Positions 1 to 11,906 of a stretch of DNA of 64,000 bases are shown here, one piece after another. Each line of letters starts with the position of its first letter. Positions within the stretch are counted from its first letter, which is position 1. The DNA is from Vermamoeba vermiformis. Taxonomy: Eukaryota. Both the position numbers and the translations under genes were made by a program. Under the pieces are notes generated by a model that was not told where the DNA came from, did not search any database, and was given only the letters and a program-made list of their open reading frames with translations. The DNA lies in assembly GCA_045837725.1 (NCBI GenBank), contig JBEWZL010000013.1, positions 62,001 through 126,000 of the forward strand, given 5' to 3'.

Positions 1-2791
1 TAGCTTGTTAGTGCTTTTTCAAAATAATAAGAATAATTTACGTACCTGGATCGTAGATCAAGTAGTTTTGTTTGCCATTGAACCAAAGCTTGTTAACAAA
101 TCGTTAATGCGGAGTAAATTATTAAGTTAATATTTACCTTATTGTTCACTTTTAAGAAGGTATCAGCTCGGTGGCTTTCTTCGAACCTTTCGCTACTCAT
201 TTCAATTTCCTCCCAGGTGTGCGTCTTCGAAGGATCCAAAATTTCGTCTAAATAATCAAATATTAAGATTTCATCAACGCAAACTTCATTAAGCCTTACT
301 TAAGGGCATTCGCATAAAATTTTTGACCCGATCTTGAAAAGATCGAATGGAATAGAAGCCATAGTCGTCCCAATAATCTAAATAACAGAAAGACCCTTCA
401 TTCGCATATAAATAATCGCCAATGATGGCTAGGTTCGTGCCAAATCTATAAATAACCGATCAATCGCTGTATACCAGAAAACGAGTGTTGAACTTACTGC
501 GGATGCGGCGGGTTCGTGAAGGCAACTTTAACAGCCTTAAATGTGTACATAGGCAGCGTTTCATCTTTTGAAAAGAGTGGTTTTACACCAAAGAGGGCAA
601 CATCTAATCAATACGGTAAGAAAATAATTTTTCAAGATCTTTCAACGAACCTCTCGGGATCTGTCCACGAGCGTTTTTGATGAACTGATTGGCGCCTAGT
701 TCAAGGAGCGTATTCACCATATTAGTATCTCCGCGTTCAGCTGCAATGTGTAAGGGCGTTGAATCGCTTTCTTGGTGACCGTTCGGGTTCGCTTCTGCAA
801 TTGAAACATCGTCAGCTGACAATTTTAAGAGGTCAAGTCGCGCTACTTACTATGATTAATTATTAAAGCTTTGACAACCTCCGGCGATAGTAATGCTGCG
901 GCAATGTGTAGCGGAGTTTGATAAAACGGGTTGAGCGATTGAACGTCGATTCCAGCCTACGAAATTTCGCCGTCAACACACGGGTCAGAAAAACATAAAA
1001 AAATGACAGATTGAACTTACTTCGATCATAGCGCGAGTTACGGTGATAATATCGTCGTTTTTAGTCTGCTTAGAGCGAATTAAGAATGCGTGCAAATATG
1101 TGCCCTGCTTCGTAGCGCTTGGTCGGTGAATGTCAATGCCGGCCTGAATCAACTTCAAGATGTACTACAGCAATACTTAGTCAGCAATATTCCGATGAAA
1201 ACAGTGAAATATTCGAATAAATTCTTGTAATAATAGGGTTTAAATACTTACTGGTATACTAAGGACCTCTATCGCGTGGTCTAACAACGACTTGCCATCT
1301 CTAATTTCATGAAAATCGAGATTTTTGTCGTTGAACACCGCAAGATCAACTTTCTCTTTGCAATACCACGCAACATTCAAACCCTCCTTGCTCTTGATAT
1401 TGATGTCTAATTTTGGATTGCGCATGAAATGCCCTGCTCGGTCCTTTTTCTGTGCCGCAACGAAAAATGCAGGCAATCTAACGAATAATTATTTAAATGA
1501 GCGGAAGATCGAATTAAATAACGTACCCGTCTTTAACTGTGTTTGGATCACCGCCAAGCTCCCAAACTCTATTGGCGACAACGTCCCAACCCTGGTGAAC
1601 GCAACTCTTGGCAAAATTGAGAATGCTTTCATGTTCCGGGTCGTTCAGATCCGCACCATTGGCTAAGCAAATTTCGATTACGTCAATGAGTTCGCGTGGG
1701 TAGTAAAGTGCAGGAAAAGACTAGAGAATAAGATTAATATAGCCTTTAAGGTTTCTACGAAAAGAAGCAATTACCTGCTCTAAAGCCTTGTTGAAAAATG
1801 CCTTGCGATCAGTGATAATTGCTACGTTGATAAACCATCGAAAACTGTGCAAATATTCACGGTATTGCCTAATTTGGTAAAATTAATATGTGCCTTAGAA
1901 ACGATGAGTGTTCGAGATACCTTTGCATCAAACCAGTCCACAGGCCAATAATATCGTCTTCTCCCTCACGCCAATTGTAGATTCGCGATGAGTCGCAGAC
2001 CCTAAGCAAGGGTGATCCGGATGCGCCCCGCACAGCTGGATTAATTTTACTGCAAATCCCATTCCAAGTCGGACTCGAAATCTCTTCACCATTGTAGGTA
2101 CATGAATAAGATTGTGCATCTTCATTGTAATGTACGCGATAATTCTCGTACACGAGTGGTGCAGCTAGATCTTCTCTACGACAAAGTGTTATGATAAAGC
2201 CATCGTCGTCACATCGAACTAGCCATTGATTAGGACGTAAAATCTTTTTGGCAATGTCTTCTGATATGAAGCCGAAGAAACTTTTGCTGATATAGAAAAG
2301 GTGATTAGATTGAGATCTCAGTTAAAGACTCTTTCTTATTCTTACTCGATAGTACTATCATGATTAAGTATATCGGAAATGAGATCGTTTGTAACGCTTT
2401 CCGACTTGGAGTTTGGGTAGAATTTAAAGACTTTTTTAGCGCGTTCATAGCTCTTCTTTGTGACGAAAAGGTGCTCGCGAGTCTCATCCGTGCAGAGGAC
2501 TGCGAATACCGAATCGATCGCTTCCGATGGAAATATAGCACCCTTTTCAGCGGAATCTCGAATATGCTTAAAGAAGAAATCGTTTAAGGGCACTTCCTCT
2601 TTGTCATTTAACAGCTGATCGAGTTCAGCAAAAAGCGAATTTTCTAAAATTATACAATTATTAGCACTTGCATGCAAATTACAAATAACTTAATTTTTAT
2701 GGAGCAAATAAAATTCTGAATTGTAGAAACGAAATTAAATTTCAGTCCGTCGCGGATGTGTCCTTCGCTTACCTCCAATCGTCTCATCCAT
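1..2791 (-). CDS. Multi-exon protein with STAT/SHK-type linker-SH2-like domain, ankyrin repeats and kelch-like C-terminal region (3' end runs off the window)
   Basis: ATG at 2791 (MDETIG|E, then gtaagc donor). Spliced translation includes FFGFISEDIAKKILRPNQWLVRC (SH2-like), QTPLHIAAA and STPLHIAAERGDTNMVNTLLELGAN (ankyrin), and FGTNLAIIGDYLY (kelch-like). Confidence 0.65.
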
Positions 2792-3638
2792 TCTAGCAGT
2801 GAACGGTTAATAGTAAGTGAGGAGAAATATGCTGTTGCTTCTACGCGTGCCTGAAAAATGACCAAGACTTAACAGCCAACGGCTAAAAATTTTAATCGGG
2901 CGTCCCTAAACCCTTTGAAATATAAATTAAACTAGTTTCGACGCATAACTATAATTAAGTAACCTGTTACCTACAACGCTGGTAAGCGAGGAATACAAAT
3001 CCCTGAAGATCAGATCAACATCCACGGTTTGACTAATTTTTGCTTAAAACCAAGCATGTTCTTGTACGGCTGTCCGATTTTCCACAGCACTCTTTGTCAG
3101 CCATGTTTAAACGATACATACAACACGACGGATAGATCGGGTAAAATTTTATTGCAAATTAATTATTTTAAATATTGATTATTCAAATAATGCATGAAAA
3201 TGAGACTCTCTTTCAGATTAATTCAATTATAAATTATTACTTACTAATATAAATTTGGTAGCCGCAATTTTGCCAAAATTAAATAGCTGAATCCTTGAAA
3301 AAGTTCCACAGTGCCCAGGCGACGTGCAATAAATAGCAAGAATATGCGCGGTAAGTCATACATCCATAACAGATAATGAAATAATAATTTATCAAGCAGA
3401 TATCTGTGCTCTGATCCAATGATTGACAGAAGCGGAATAACAAGGTACCTCACGCGAAATAATTTTTAATTAGTGTCGTGCTCCACTTCTAAAGCATAAC
3501 GAATGCGTTGCACGTTGCCTATTGTCATCCACATCGCGTAATCGCCATAGTTAACGTTTGGCACCCAGATATTTGTATCTCGTCGTTTGGATCAAGAATC
3601 TTTTCAGTAATTAAACTTTTGGTAGCCGTTAAAATTGG

Positions 3639-3653
3639 TTTTTTTTTTTTTTT

Positions 3654-3713
<60 letters not shown>

Positions 3714-3747
3714 CCCCCCCCCCCCCCCCCCAAAAAAAAAAAAAAAA
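3639..3747. repeat. Homopolymer block (about 75 T with one G, then C18, then A16); probable sequencing or assembly artefact
   Basis: Seen directly. Abutting pure homopolymers are typical of failed read tails. Confidence 0.8.
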
Positions 3748-3878
3748 TCAACCCTCATTCGCCTTTAATTTTTGGTTGAAAGGGATTAATTTATCTGCTA
3801 TTAAGAAATTTTTTTAAATGTCTTTTGATTGATCCCGTCTCCAAATGATTTTTTCTGGTAACACAGCACGCAGATAGA

Positions 3879-5340
3879 ATGAAAAAATCAACACCTATTA
3901 CAAAAAGAAGAATTATGTTGCCTGCCCAAGAACCAAAAGAACAAAAAAGTTCGCTTATTTGTTTATTCCCTGACTGCCGTATATTACCCGTCGATATCTA
4001 TTATCACATATTCGGATACATTAGCGCGAATATACTGACCTAGTAAGTCAATCAGATCCAAGCGATTTCCACATCTAACACCGAATGTCAGCGTCTCTGT
4101 ATCAAAACAATGGAAAGAACATGTCGCTAAATTTATTGTTGCAGCAAAGGCTACTACGGTAATTAAGGCTCTAATTACTCCAAAAAATTCGGGGTCGATT
4201 TTGAGATTCGGGTTGGATTGGTTTAACAGGTAGGTTGTACTGGCGACAAAATAAGTTATTTTAATATAACTAATAGTATTCGAAGGCACATATTAAAGTC
4301 ATTACCGTCTATGACCCAATTGCTTGAACTGAACATTACGGTCAAATGTTCGTCCCGAAGTTTACTCGTCAATAACGAATCTGACCCGACTGACATCGTT
4401 TGCGGCCAGAAGTATACATCATAGCGATGCCTCTCTTATTTTGCAAGCGTTTTCGGGACTTAAATCCTTTCGGGCGTTATTAACCGACGACAAAGATGAA
4501 CAGGGATCTTGCGATCCGACCGCAGAGCGTTTTCAAGGAAAGATCCGACAATTCACAAGATGTGACTGCTTGACTAAAGAGAAAGAGAGTTACAACGCAG
4601 ATTTTTTTTACGCTCTGCAACACGCAACACGCCTAGAAAATTTGGATCTTTCTTTTCGACACTTGCCAGTACTTCCACGGTACTTATCAACTCTCACTCG
4701 ACTTACGCAGCTAACGCTGGATTGTTACTATCACCTGCCTCAATGTTTTGTGCTACACTTCAGTACTTTGACGAACTTAGAAACTATCAGTTTGCCCGAC
4801 AAAACGCTGCAACACTATTCGACAAAGAACTAGAGAAATTTTTTGCACCTTTCACAAAACTTCGCGCTCTCACTAATTTTATGACTCAAGTGGAGGTTGG
4901 ACACGAAGATATTTTGAAAATTGATTTGTTTCAGCGCTTGACGAAGATCGACAAGATCGACTTGGGATCCACTACCGAGACACCCGAGGCATTGCGTCAC
5001 ATTAAACATTTGGCAATATGTAAGTCAGGAAATAGATTTGCGGTCGTGGAACCTTTCTAAGCAATGGTTAGGTTTGGCGTCTTTCCACGTCCCTTTCGTT
5101 GCTTCACTTGTTACGCTGGAGCACTTGGAGATTTCGATTGACACCCCTCCGGCTGCCGCTTTATGGCATTTGACGACGCTTACTAAATTGAAATCATTGT
5201 ATTTTAATAATTGTGAGCGAGCTGATTGGGAGTTGATTTATGGGTACGCTAGTCAAATGACAAATCTGGCGATTGTTCGAGTACGGCCAGCTCATTTTGC
5301 AGGCAAACTTCCTTACGCTTGGCAAAGGGTCGAAGATTGA
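3879..5340 (+). CDS. F-box-like plus leucine-rich repeat protein, paralogue 1 (one frameshift near 4825)
   Basis: LPVDIYYHIFGYI...SVSKQWK F-box-like exons and LTxLxxL repeats. Collinear with paralogue 2 (shared RHLPVLPR, FAPF, DLFQRLT, LPYxWQR). Confidence 0.7.
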
Positions 5341-5577
5341 TACCGCTTGTAAATAAAATATTTTTAACTTTAAGGTTATTCGCCATAATCCATTTTACGG
5401 GCTGAAAAAGATCCAGAAACGATAATGAAATAGCTGAACAAAAAATAATATCTGCACAGATCCAATGTTCCGCTTCTGTCAATCGTCACATGTTGCGTTA
5501 GTGCGCAACACGAGTGGCATTAAATGCTGCATTAGTTGACATCCATTTTATCGGGAATCACCAAAAGGATAAGGATA

Positions 5578-7107
5578 ATGGATCGAAGAAAAAAAAAGCA
5601 CAAATCGAGGCACCACAGCTCCCAAGACGAATCGGCAATCCTTCAATTGTTTCCTGGTCGAGATGTTCCGATAGACATTTATGCGTTAATTTTTGAATAT
5701 TTGGCAGGGTATTCAGGCGAAAGCTGGTAAGCTTCGATTTGATTCATAATAATAATTAATTTAGAATATTACAATATTAAAAATTCGAAATAATTACAGC
5801 ATGCTAGTGTCGAAGCAATGGAGGGCCCATTTCTCGCAATTTGTTCCGCGTGCTTGCGCGTCGATCTTGCCTAAAAGAAGAATATCCAAGGAAATTGCGC
5901 AATCCATTCGTCATTTGGACATTGACGATAGTTGTGGGTACGATAGAATTTATTAATTACATTTTTTGATTAAATGATTTATTCTTTTAGCTAACTGAAA
6001 AATACATTTTAGCTGGATCGACCGAACATTACTGAATTTCAAAATGCTTCGAGAATTGGATATCACCATCGACGTAGATCCATCAGCCTACAAAGTAATC
6101 GCTAAATTAACGCAACTAGAGGCTCTTTCAATTAATAGCATTCACCACAACGATGCCACGCTCATTCTACGCAAATTGACCGGTTTGAAACGATTGAAAG
6201 CATTTTTAACTGATGATAAAGACATTACGAGAGAGTTTGATGAAGATGATGAAGACGAAAAATACAAAATTATGGATCCGGAGATCTGTCATTGCAACGA
6301 TCTCGAGAAAGATGCGTACACGATAGAATTCTTCAAAGCGCTTCAAAAATTAACGAGATTGGAGCATTTGAAATTAAAATGTCGACATTTGCCGGTCTTG
6401 CCGAGACACCTATCCAATTTGACTCGACTGACGTCAATAGAATTCACCGGTTTCGATTTCCCGCCTTGCTATCCGCGACATTATAGTACATTAACAAATA
6501 TAGAGGAATTTACAACTGCCTACGAGGTTGTGAACAGATATTCCGCGGAACAAATACAAAAACATTTCGCACCATTCGTCAAACTTACCTCGCTGAATAA
6601 TCCGATTTATTTTGAAAACACACAAAAACAAGGAAATATTAGACACGGATTTATTTCAACGGTTGACTAGACTTCGCCATATCGGCTTGATTACGGAATC
6701 AACGCTGCCAATCACGCTGCCAAATATCAAGCATTTAAAAATATGTTCGTACATAATAATTTCTTTCTGGGAAATGACCGACACTAATTTTCAACAATTA
6801 ATTATCAGTTCTTCCCTCGCATCGAGTTTCAAATATCGCAGCAATGACAGCACTGTCGTATTTGCACATTGCAATAGAAACTCCGCCTTATGACAGCTTT
6901 TGGCAGCTAACGACGTTGACAAACTTGCAGTACCTGGAGTTCAATGGCACAACTACTGAGGAGGACGAGGAAGGCAAATGGACCATGATCTGCGAGTACG
7001 CTAAGAAAATGACGCGACTTTCGGTAGTTCACTTCGAACCATCTTTTACTATGAAGAGTGCAGCACTTCCCTACTCTTGGCAACGAATTGAAGAGGACAT
7101 GCTGTGA
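5578..7107 (+). CDS. F-box-like plus LRR protein, paralogue 2 (one frameshift near 6620)
   Basis: VPIDIYALIFEYL...LVSKQWR, followed by LRR ORFs 6044-6670, 6612-6893 and 6844-7107. Confidence 0.7.
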
Positions 7108-7297
7108 TTTAAATTTGCAAGTAAAATAAGCCGTAGTTCTCGAGCTTGTTTGTAAACAAATTCTAATTGATTTTAATACGAAGTAAATGATGTTTGAGTT
7201 GCGATCGTGGTCTGATCCAGATTCGACTGGACTTTTTCATTATTTTTTTTATTATCGGGCCTTATGTAGCTCGAATAATATGTTGTTAATTATTGTT

Positions 7298-8617
7298 TTA
7301 TCGGATATTTACAAGATTGACAAGCTTTTCTGACAGCTTAGCAATTAGTTCTTTGTCTTTACACGACACATCCAAGATTCGTAGCCGTGTCAAAGCAGTG
7401 AGATGAAACAAAAGCTCTGGCTCTTTGATGTTTTGAATACGTAGCTCCTTTAAAGTTGTAAGACGAGAGATGTAATCCATATCGGCAGCATTCAATCCTA
7501 CAAGCAAAAGAGTTGTTAACTTTTCATTCTCAATAAAACTCAAACAACATACTGAACATTCGTAAATATGTTATATTCTTCAATGGTATTGTAACATTTT
7601 CTAGTGTCACACAACTGTGTATTGCTTGCAGTTGTTGAATAAATGTCGATGATGCAATATTCGTCGTTAAGAATGAAATGATCGTCTAAGTTAAAAGATA
7701 AACTGCGCAGCTTGACCAGTGGTTTGAATAACGTGTCCCATTGCTCTGTTGTATATTTTAATCGGAGACAAGGGAAGTATAATCTGAGTTCTTCGAGGTT
7801 TGTTAAGGCGCTTATATGTAACGGCAAGCACGGATCCAACACGCCACGACGCTTGGATAAGGCATAAAAAACTAGTTTTGTTAGCGTCGTTGGCAGCATT
7901 TCAAGTTGATTTGCAGTGCAATCTAGTTCGCCAATGTCAATCACGAGCCTCTCCAATCTCGTAAGCTTTTGTAGTGTCGTGAATAGTTTCGTCACACTGG
8001 TCCATGCGTCGTCCTCACATCGGCAAATTCCGTCGAAATAATCGTATGAAATTTCATCGTCGCTCTCGTCGGACATCTCTTCGTTAATTCTCATATCCAA
8101 GTGCTTCAAATTTGTGAGCCGTTGTAATACATAGATAGCGTTGTTTCGGGTGGCCATCATCTGTAGGGACTCAAGTTTTGTAAGAGAGGCAACGTGCTTC
8201 CAAAATCGAGCGGAAAACTCTTCGGAACCAGTGACCAATTCCTTGAGATTCGTGAGACGAACGAGCCTGCTAGACCTGAGGTAAAGGTTATTACGAACCA
8301 ATTACATATATTAAAAGCAAGTGCATACTTTTTTGTATCAACGGAATCTATGCGCAATTTGGTGACGTTGCAATAGCTTGGGAATAAAAACTTTCGATAA
8401 AATAATAATTCTGACGAAGCAGACGTTAGAAGCAAAGGGATATTACTATACCATTGCTTTGATACAGACGAGCTGTAATAATTAATTATTTTATATGCAA
8501 AAAATGGATTTAGATTTACCAAGTTTCCACTGCATCGTCGTCAAGAAAATCCACTATGATTTTTAGTATTTCGGGAGGAAAGTGGGCATTCGGAAGCAGC
8601 TGCAGTGTTTGATCCAT
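7298..8617 (-). CDS. F-box-like plus LRR protein, paralogue 3 (more divergent, convergent orientation)
   Basis: MDQTLQLLPNAHFPPEILKIIVDFL...SVSKQWY, then LRR ORF 7540-8301 with the same acidic insert and CxC as paralogues 1 and 2. Confidence 0.7.
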
Positions 8618-8929
8618 GTCCTAAAACGTTTTTGGATCGTGCGCGTATTTTTTGTTATTTTAATACGCTTCAGTCGGAATTGTGCTTGCTCTATTGATGC
8701 ATTTAACACAAAGAAAGATATTTGAAACACAAACACAAGATTTGATAGGCATTTATTCCACTTTATTAATGTTCACAGATTCGTATTTCATTTCACTTAC
8801 TTGAGCCAACTTTTAAATATTCCTCGACATGGTTATACTTCCGTGTTGTTCTAACGACAAATGGCACTAAGTGTAACAAACCAATTGGCGAACAACAAAT
8901 CTCGATCTAGCACGTGCTTTTTGGGAGAT

Positions 8930-9520
8930 TTCTTAGTGTCACGTGACTGGTCGACAATGAATCTTCGAATCGTCCTCCGAACATGATCAATGTAGTCCGA
9001 TATATCATCAATGAAGCGTGGCCAAACGGATATTTCTTTTGACTGAGCCAGACTTGTAAGTTCTCGTGCCTCGTTATCTGCCAGCCGAGCCCTGTTGCAT
9101 CACTGCTCGAGTCTTGGTATCGTCAGGCACGGTAAAAATACTTTATTGATGCAAGATCTTGTTCTCGTACTAGCTGAAATGCAATGGGGCACTGTCGATG
9201 ATAACGTACCGTTAGGATCACTCAGCCTCAATGTGCGCGACTTACTATGATTGAATATTAAAGCTCGAACAACCTCCGGTGATAGTAATGCTGCGGCAAT
9301 GTGTAGCGGAGTTTGATAAAACGAGTTGAGCGATCCCAGCCTAAGAAATTTTGCCGTCAATACGCTGGTCAAAAAGCATAGCAGAGTGCGAGTTACGTTC
9401 GGTTAAATAACCTCTTGTTTAAAATTTCTAACCACAATCATAGCGTAACTGAAGAGCGATAGGCTGAACTTACTTCGATCATAGCAAGTTAACTTTAAGT
9501 TCGCGGATGTGTCCTTCGCT
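8930..9520 (-). pseudogene. Collapsed relic duplicate of the SH2/ankyrin/kelch-like gene at 1-2791
   Basis: 9241-9380 closely matches 847-1000; 9465-9485 matches 1011-1032; 9501-9520 matches 2751-2769. A kelch-like LIMFGG lies near 8975-8995. Confidence 0.75.
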
Positions 9521-9619
9521 CCTCCCTTTCTGGCAGTTAATTAATAACTGTTAATAATCCCAGATATGCTTACGTACGCTCAGCCTTTTACGCGGAAAAA
9601 CTATAAAAGGCTAGTCTAG

Positions 9620-9943
9620 TGCATTTTTTTGGGGGGCAACGGCAACAACGATTGCGTAGCCTCATTTGTGGTCAACAAGTACGGCAAGAAGATCGACGGT
9701 GCTACTATCAGACCTTACAACAACCCTTACTCGTGCGAGTTCACTATGGGCGGCGAAGTTATGTGCAACGGCGAAACCGTCGGATTTGTGTACGCGGGCG
9801 AGAAGGATATTGAAGATTACTTCGTACCTATTGCTGCTATCTTCACTTTCTTCGTCGAGAAGTTCGTCATGGAGAGCCTTGAGACTCAACAGCCGATGAC
9901 CCAAGAGCCCGCGCCCGGATCTTTTGCTGTAAGTCCTTTGTAA
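9620..9943 (+). CDS. Hypothetical protein or fragment resembling the C-terminal barrel of a trypsin-like fold without the catalytic Ser
   Basis: FTMGGEVMCNGETVGFVYAG...YFVPIAAIF resembles GDSGGPLVCNGxxVGI. Coding-like codon usage; start uncertain (T7G6 run). Confidence 0.3.
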   Translation, partial: CIFLGGNGNNDCVASFVVNKYGKKIDGATIRPYNNPYSCEFTMGGEVMCNGETVGFVYAGEKDIEDYFVPIAAIFTFFVEKFVMESLETQQPMTQEPAPGSFAVSPL

Positions 9944-10390
9944 CCTCAATAATTAGTGCCAATCTAATATCAATATTGTAGTAAATGCGCACGAGCTCAA
10001 AGTATACGCGGCTACCAGATGTAGAAGCGGATGAGATGAAATTGCGAAATAAACTGTTTAAGCTCCCAAATTAAGTGTAATTATTAATTTAATAATTTTA
10101 TGCGCCGGAAATAACAGTAACAATTAATTTAAATAACGCATCTTGAAGTTAAAGCAACGTCTCTTACCAGGCAAGTTGCATTGTGCAGATTGCGCATAAT
10201 TTTAAATATAATATGCACTAAATACGAGGTGGGTGCTGGTGCACTCTTCTAATGCAGCATTCGCTGGATTAAATGTCACCCAACGAGTTTTCTTCGTTTT
10301 ATTTTTTACCACCAAGACGGTTTCGGTTTTCGGCTTCAAAGTATAAATCCTTTATACTACAACAACAGAACACGCTCTAAATATTACGGA

Positions 10391-11492
10391 ATGGTTCGGC
10401 CAAGTTCACAGCCGAGCAGATCCGTTTTTATTCTGTTCTTTGTTTCCTCTTGGCTATTAGTTTGGTAAGATTATCGTATAAAGAATATATTAATTATATA
10501 TTTGCCAATAATCATGCTATTTGCTCCCGTAGAGGTTGGCAAATTATTCCTACATTATTGATCTGCGCTCAAAACGATTTTATTTCGGTTATTAACTCTT
10601 TAAAAATACAGGTATCTATTCTATACCCCACCTCCAGCAAAACACGGCACCGATAATTCCATTTATCAATTTTCAGTAAAAGATATTGATGGTAACGTTG
10701 TCAGTTTGGATAAATATCACGATAAGGTAATACTATATTATTTAAATATTTAATGCATAATTTTACGCGCTTGATTTTCATTACTGGTTGAAATTCAATT
10801 TAATGAAAGGATCGTGACCAGTCAATCTCACTTACAAATACTCAGGTGCTTTTAATTTCAAACGTCGCTTCGGAGTGACGATACACAAAGACACACTATG
10901 CTCAATTAGTCGAATTATACAAGAAATATAAAGACGATGGTGAGTTAGGATCCGCTAATCCGACAACTGCTTCTCATATCTAATTACTTCAATTAATATA
11001 GGCTTAGTTGTGTTAGTTTTCCCTTGCAATCAATTTGGCGAACAAGAGCCCGGTACTGACGCTCAAATTAAAGAGAAGTTGACCACGAACTTTAAGGTCA
11101 ACTTCCCGATCTTCTCAAAGGTTCGTTAAGTCGCTTTTATTAACAAGATTATCGTTTACAACGTGCTCAACTTATGAACATAGATCAATGTCATCGGTAA
11201 AGATGCGCATCCGTTGTTCACGTACCTCCAAGAACAGACAGCCGGCGGAGACATTAAGTGGAACTTTGAAAAGGTATGCCTTTAGATGATTATATATAGT
11301 GTATAATACACCTTTTATTGAAATCAATGACATCGTGGCTCTGAATAATGAGTTAGCTTCGTGCACACGTACACATTTCTAACGTTTGAGTAGTTCTTGG
11401 TGAACAGACAAGGCTTCCCTGTAGAGCGTTTCAGAAGTGACACCGAGCCGAATGAACTGGAAAAGGACATTCAACAATTGTTGGGCGCGTAA
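10391..11492 (+). CDS. GPX: Selenocysteine-containing glutathione peroxidase with N-terminal signal anchor (6 exons)
   Basis: Exons 10391-10464, 10612-10726, 10846-10939, 11002-11120, 11184-11273, 11394-11492. Motifs NVASE-TGA(10876-10878)-RYT, FPCNQFGEQEPG, IKWNFEKFLV. Confidence 0.95.
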
Positions 11493-11560
11493 TTACGTCA
11501 AACTAGAAACTGCTGCGAAGAAGCAACTTGAGCACGTGTCGATGACGACTGTAAAGCAGA

Positions 11561-11635
11561 GCTATTGGTGAATGACAGTTAATATGGAAAAGGACTCGTA
11601 CGCCTCCTATTAACTCGATTATCTGGTCATTACAG
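11561..11635 (+). promoter_or_regulatory. SECIS element (form II) in the GPx 3' UTR
   Basis: ATGAC at 11572 with CGAT core. Helix II AGTTAATA(T)GG pairs with CCTATTAACT; unpaired AAA; apical mini-stem AGG/CCT; helix I GGTGA/TTATC. Confidence 0.9.
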
Positions 11636-11906
11636 CCACCCACTATCGAAATTGCAAGGGAGAAAGTGGATGCTGTGAACGGACCTAATTCAATAGCAAA
11701 TGTCTTTCATTGTCGTCTTTTTGCGTGCAAAAGGTGTCTTCAAGCCTATTGTGTAATAAATAAATGATTATTGTTTATAGAATTTCGACTGAAGAGCTGA
11801 GACCTCGCGTGAATTCACAAAAAAATGCAAATCTAGTTCTTGCCAACAAAATTCCTTTCTGATTACAGTGAAAGCAACAATAGATCATAATTGAAAGTAA
11901 ATAACG

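Noticed and set aside
2010-2040. GASGSPLL serine-protease-like motif in the first gene
   Set aside because: No upstream His/Asp context; it lies just after the SH2-like domain.
2950-3600. Cys/His-rich RING-like fragments on the plus strand
   Set aside because: Interrupted by stops; no consistent gene model.
3508-3817. ORFs with poly-Phe, poly-Lys, poly-Pro and poly-Gly
   Set aside because: They only translate the homopolymer block, which is probably an artefact.
10820-10835. 16-mer agtcaatctcacttac also found near 44620
   Set aside because: A single short AT-rich match containing an antisense splice-donor consensus; compatible with chance.
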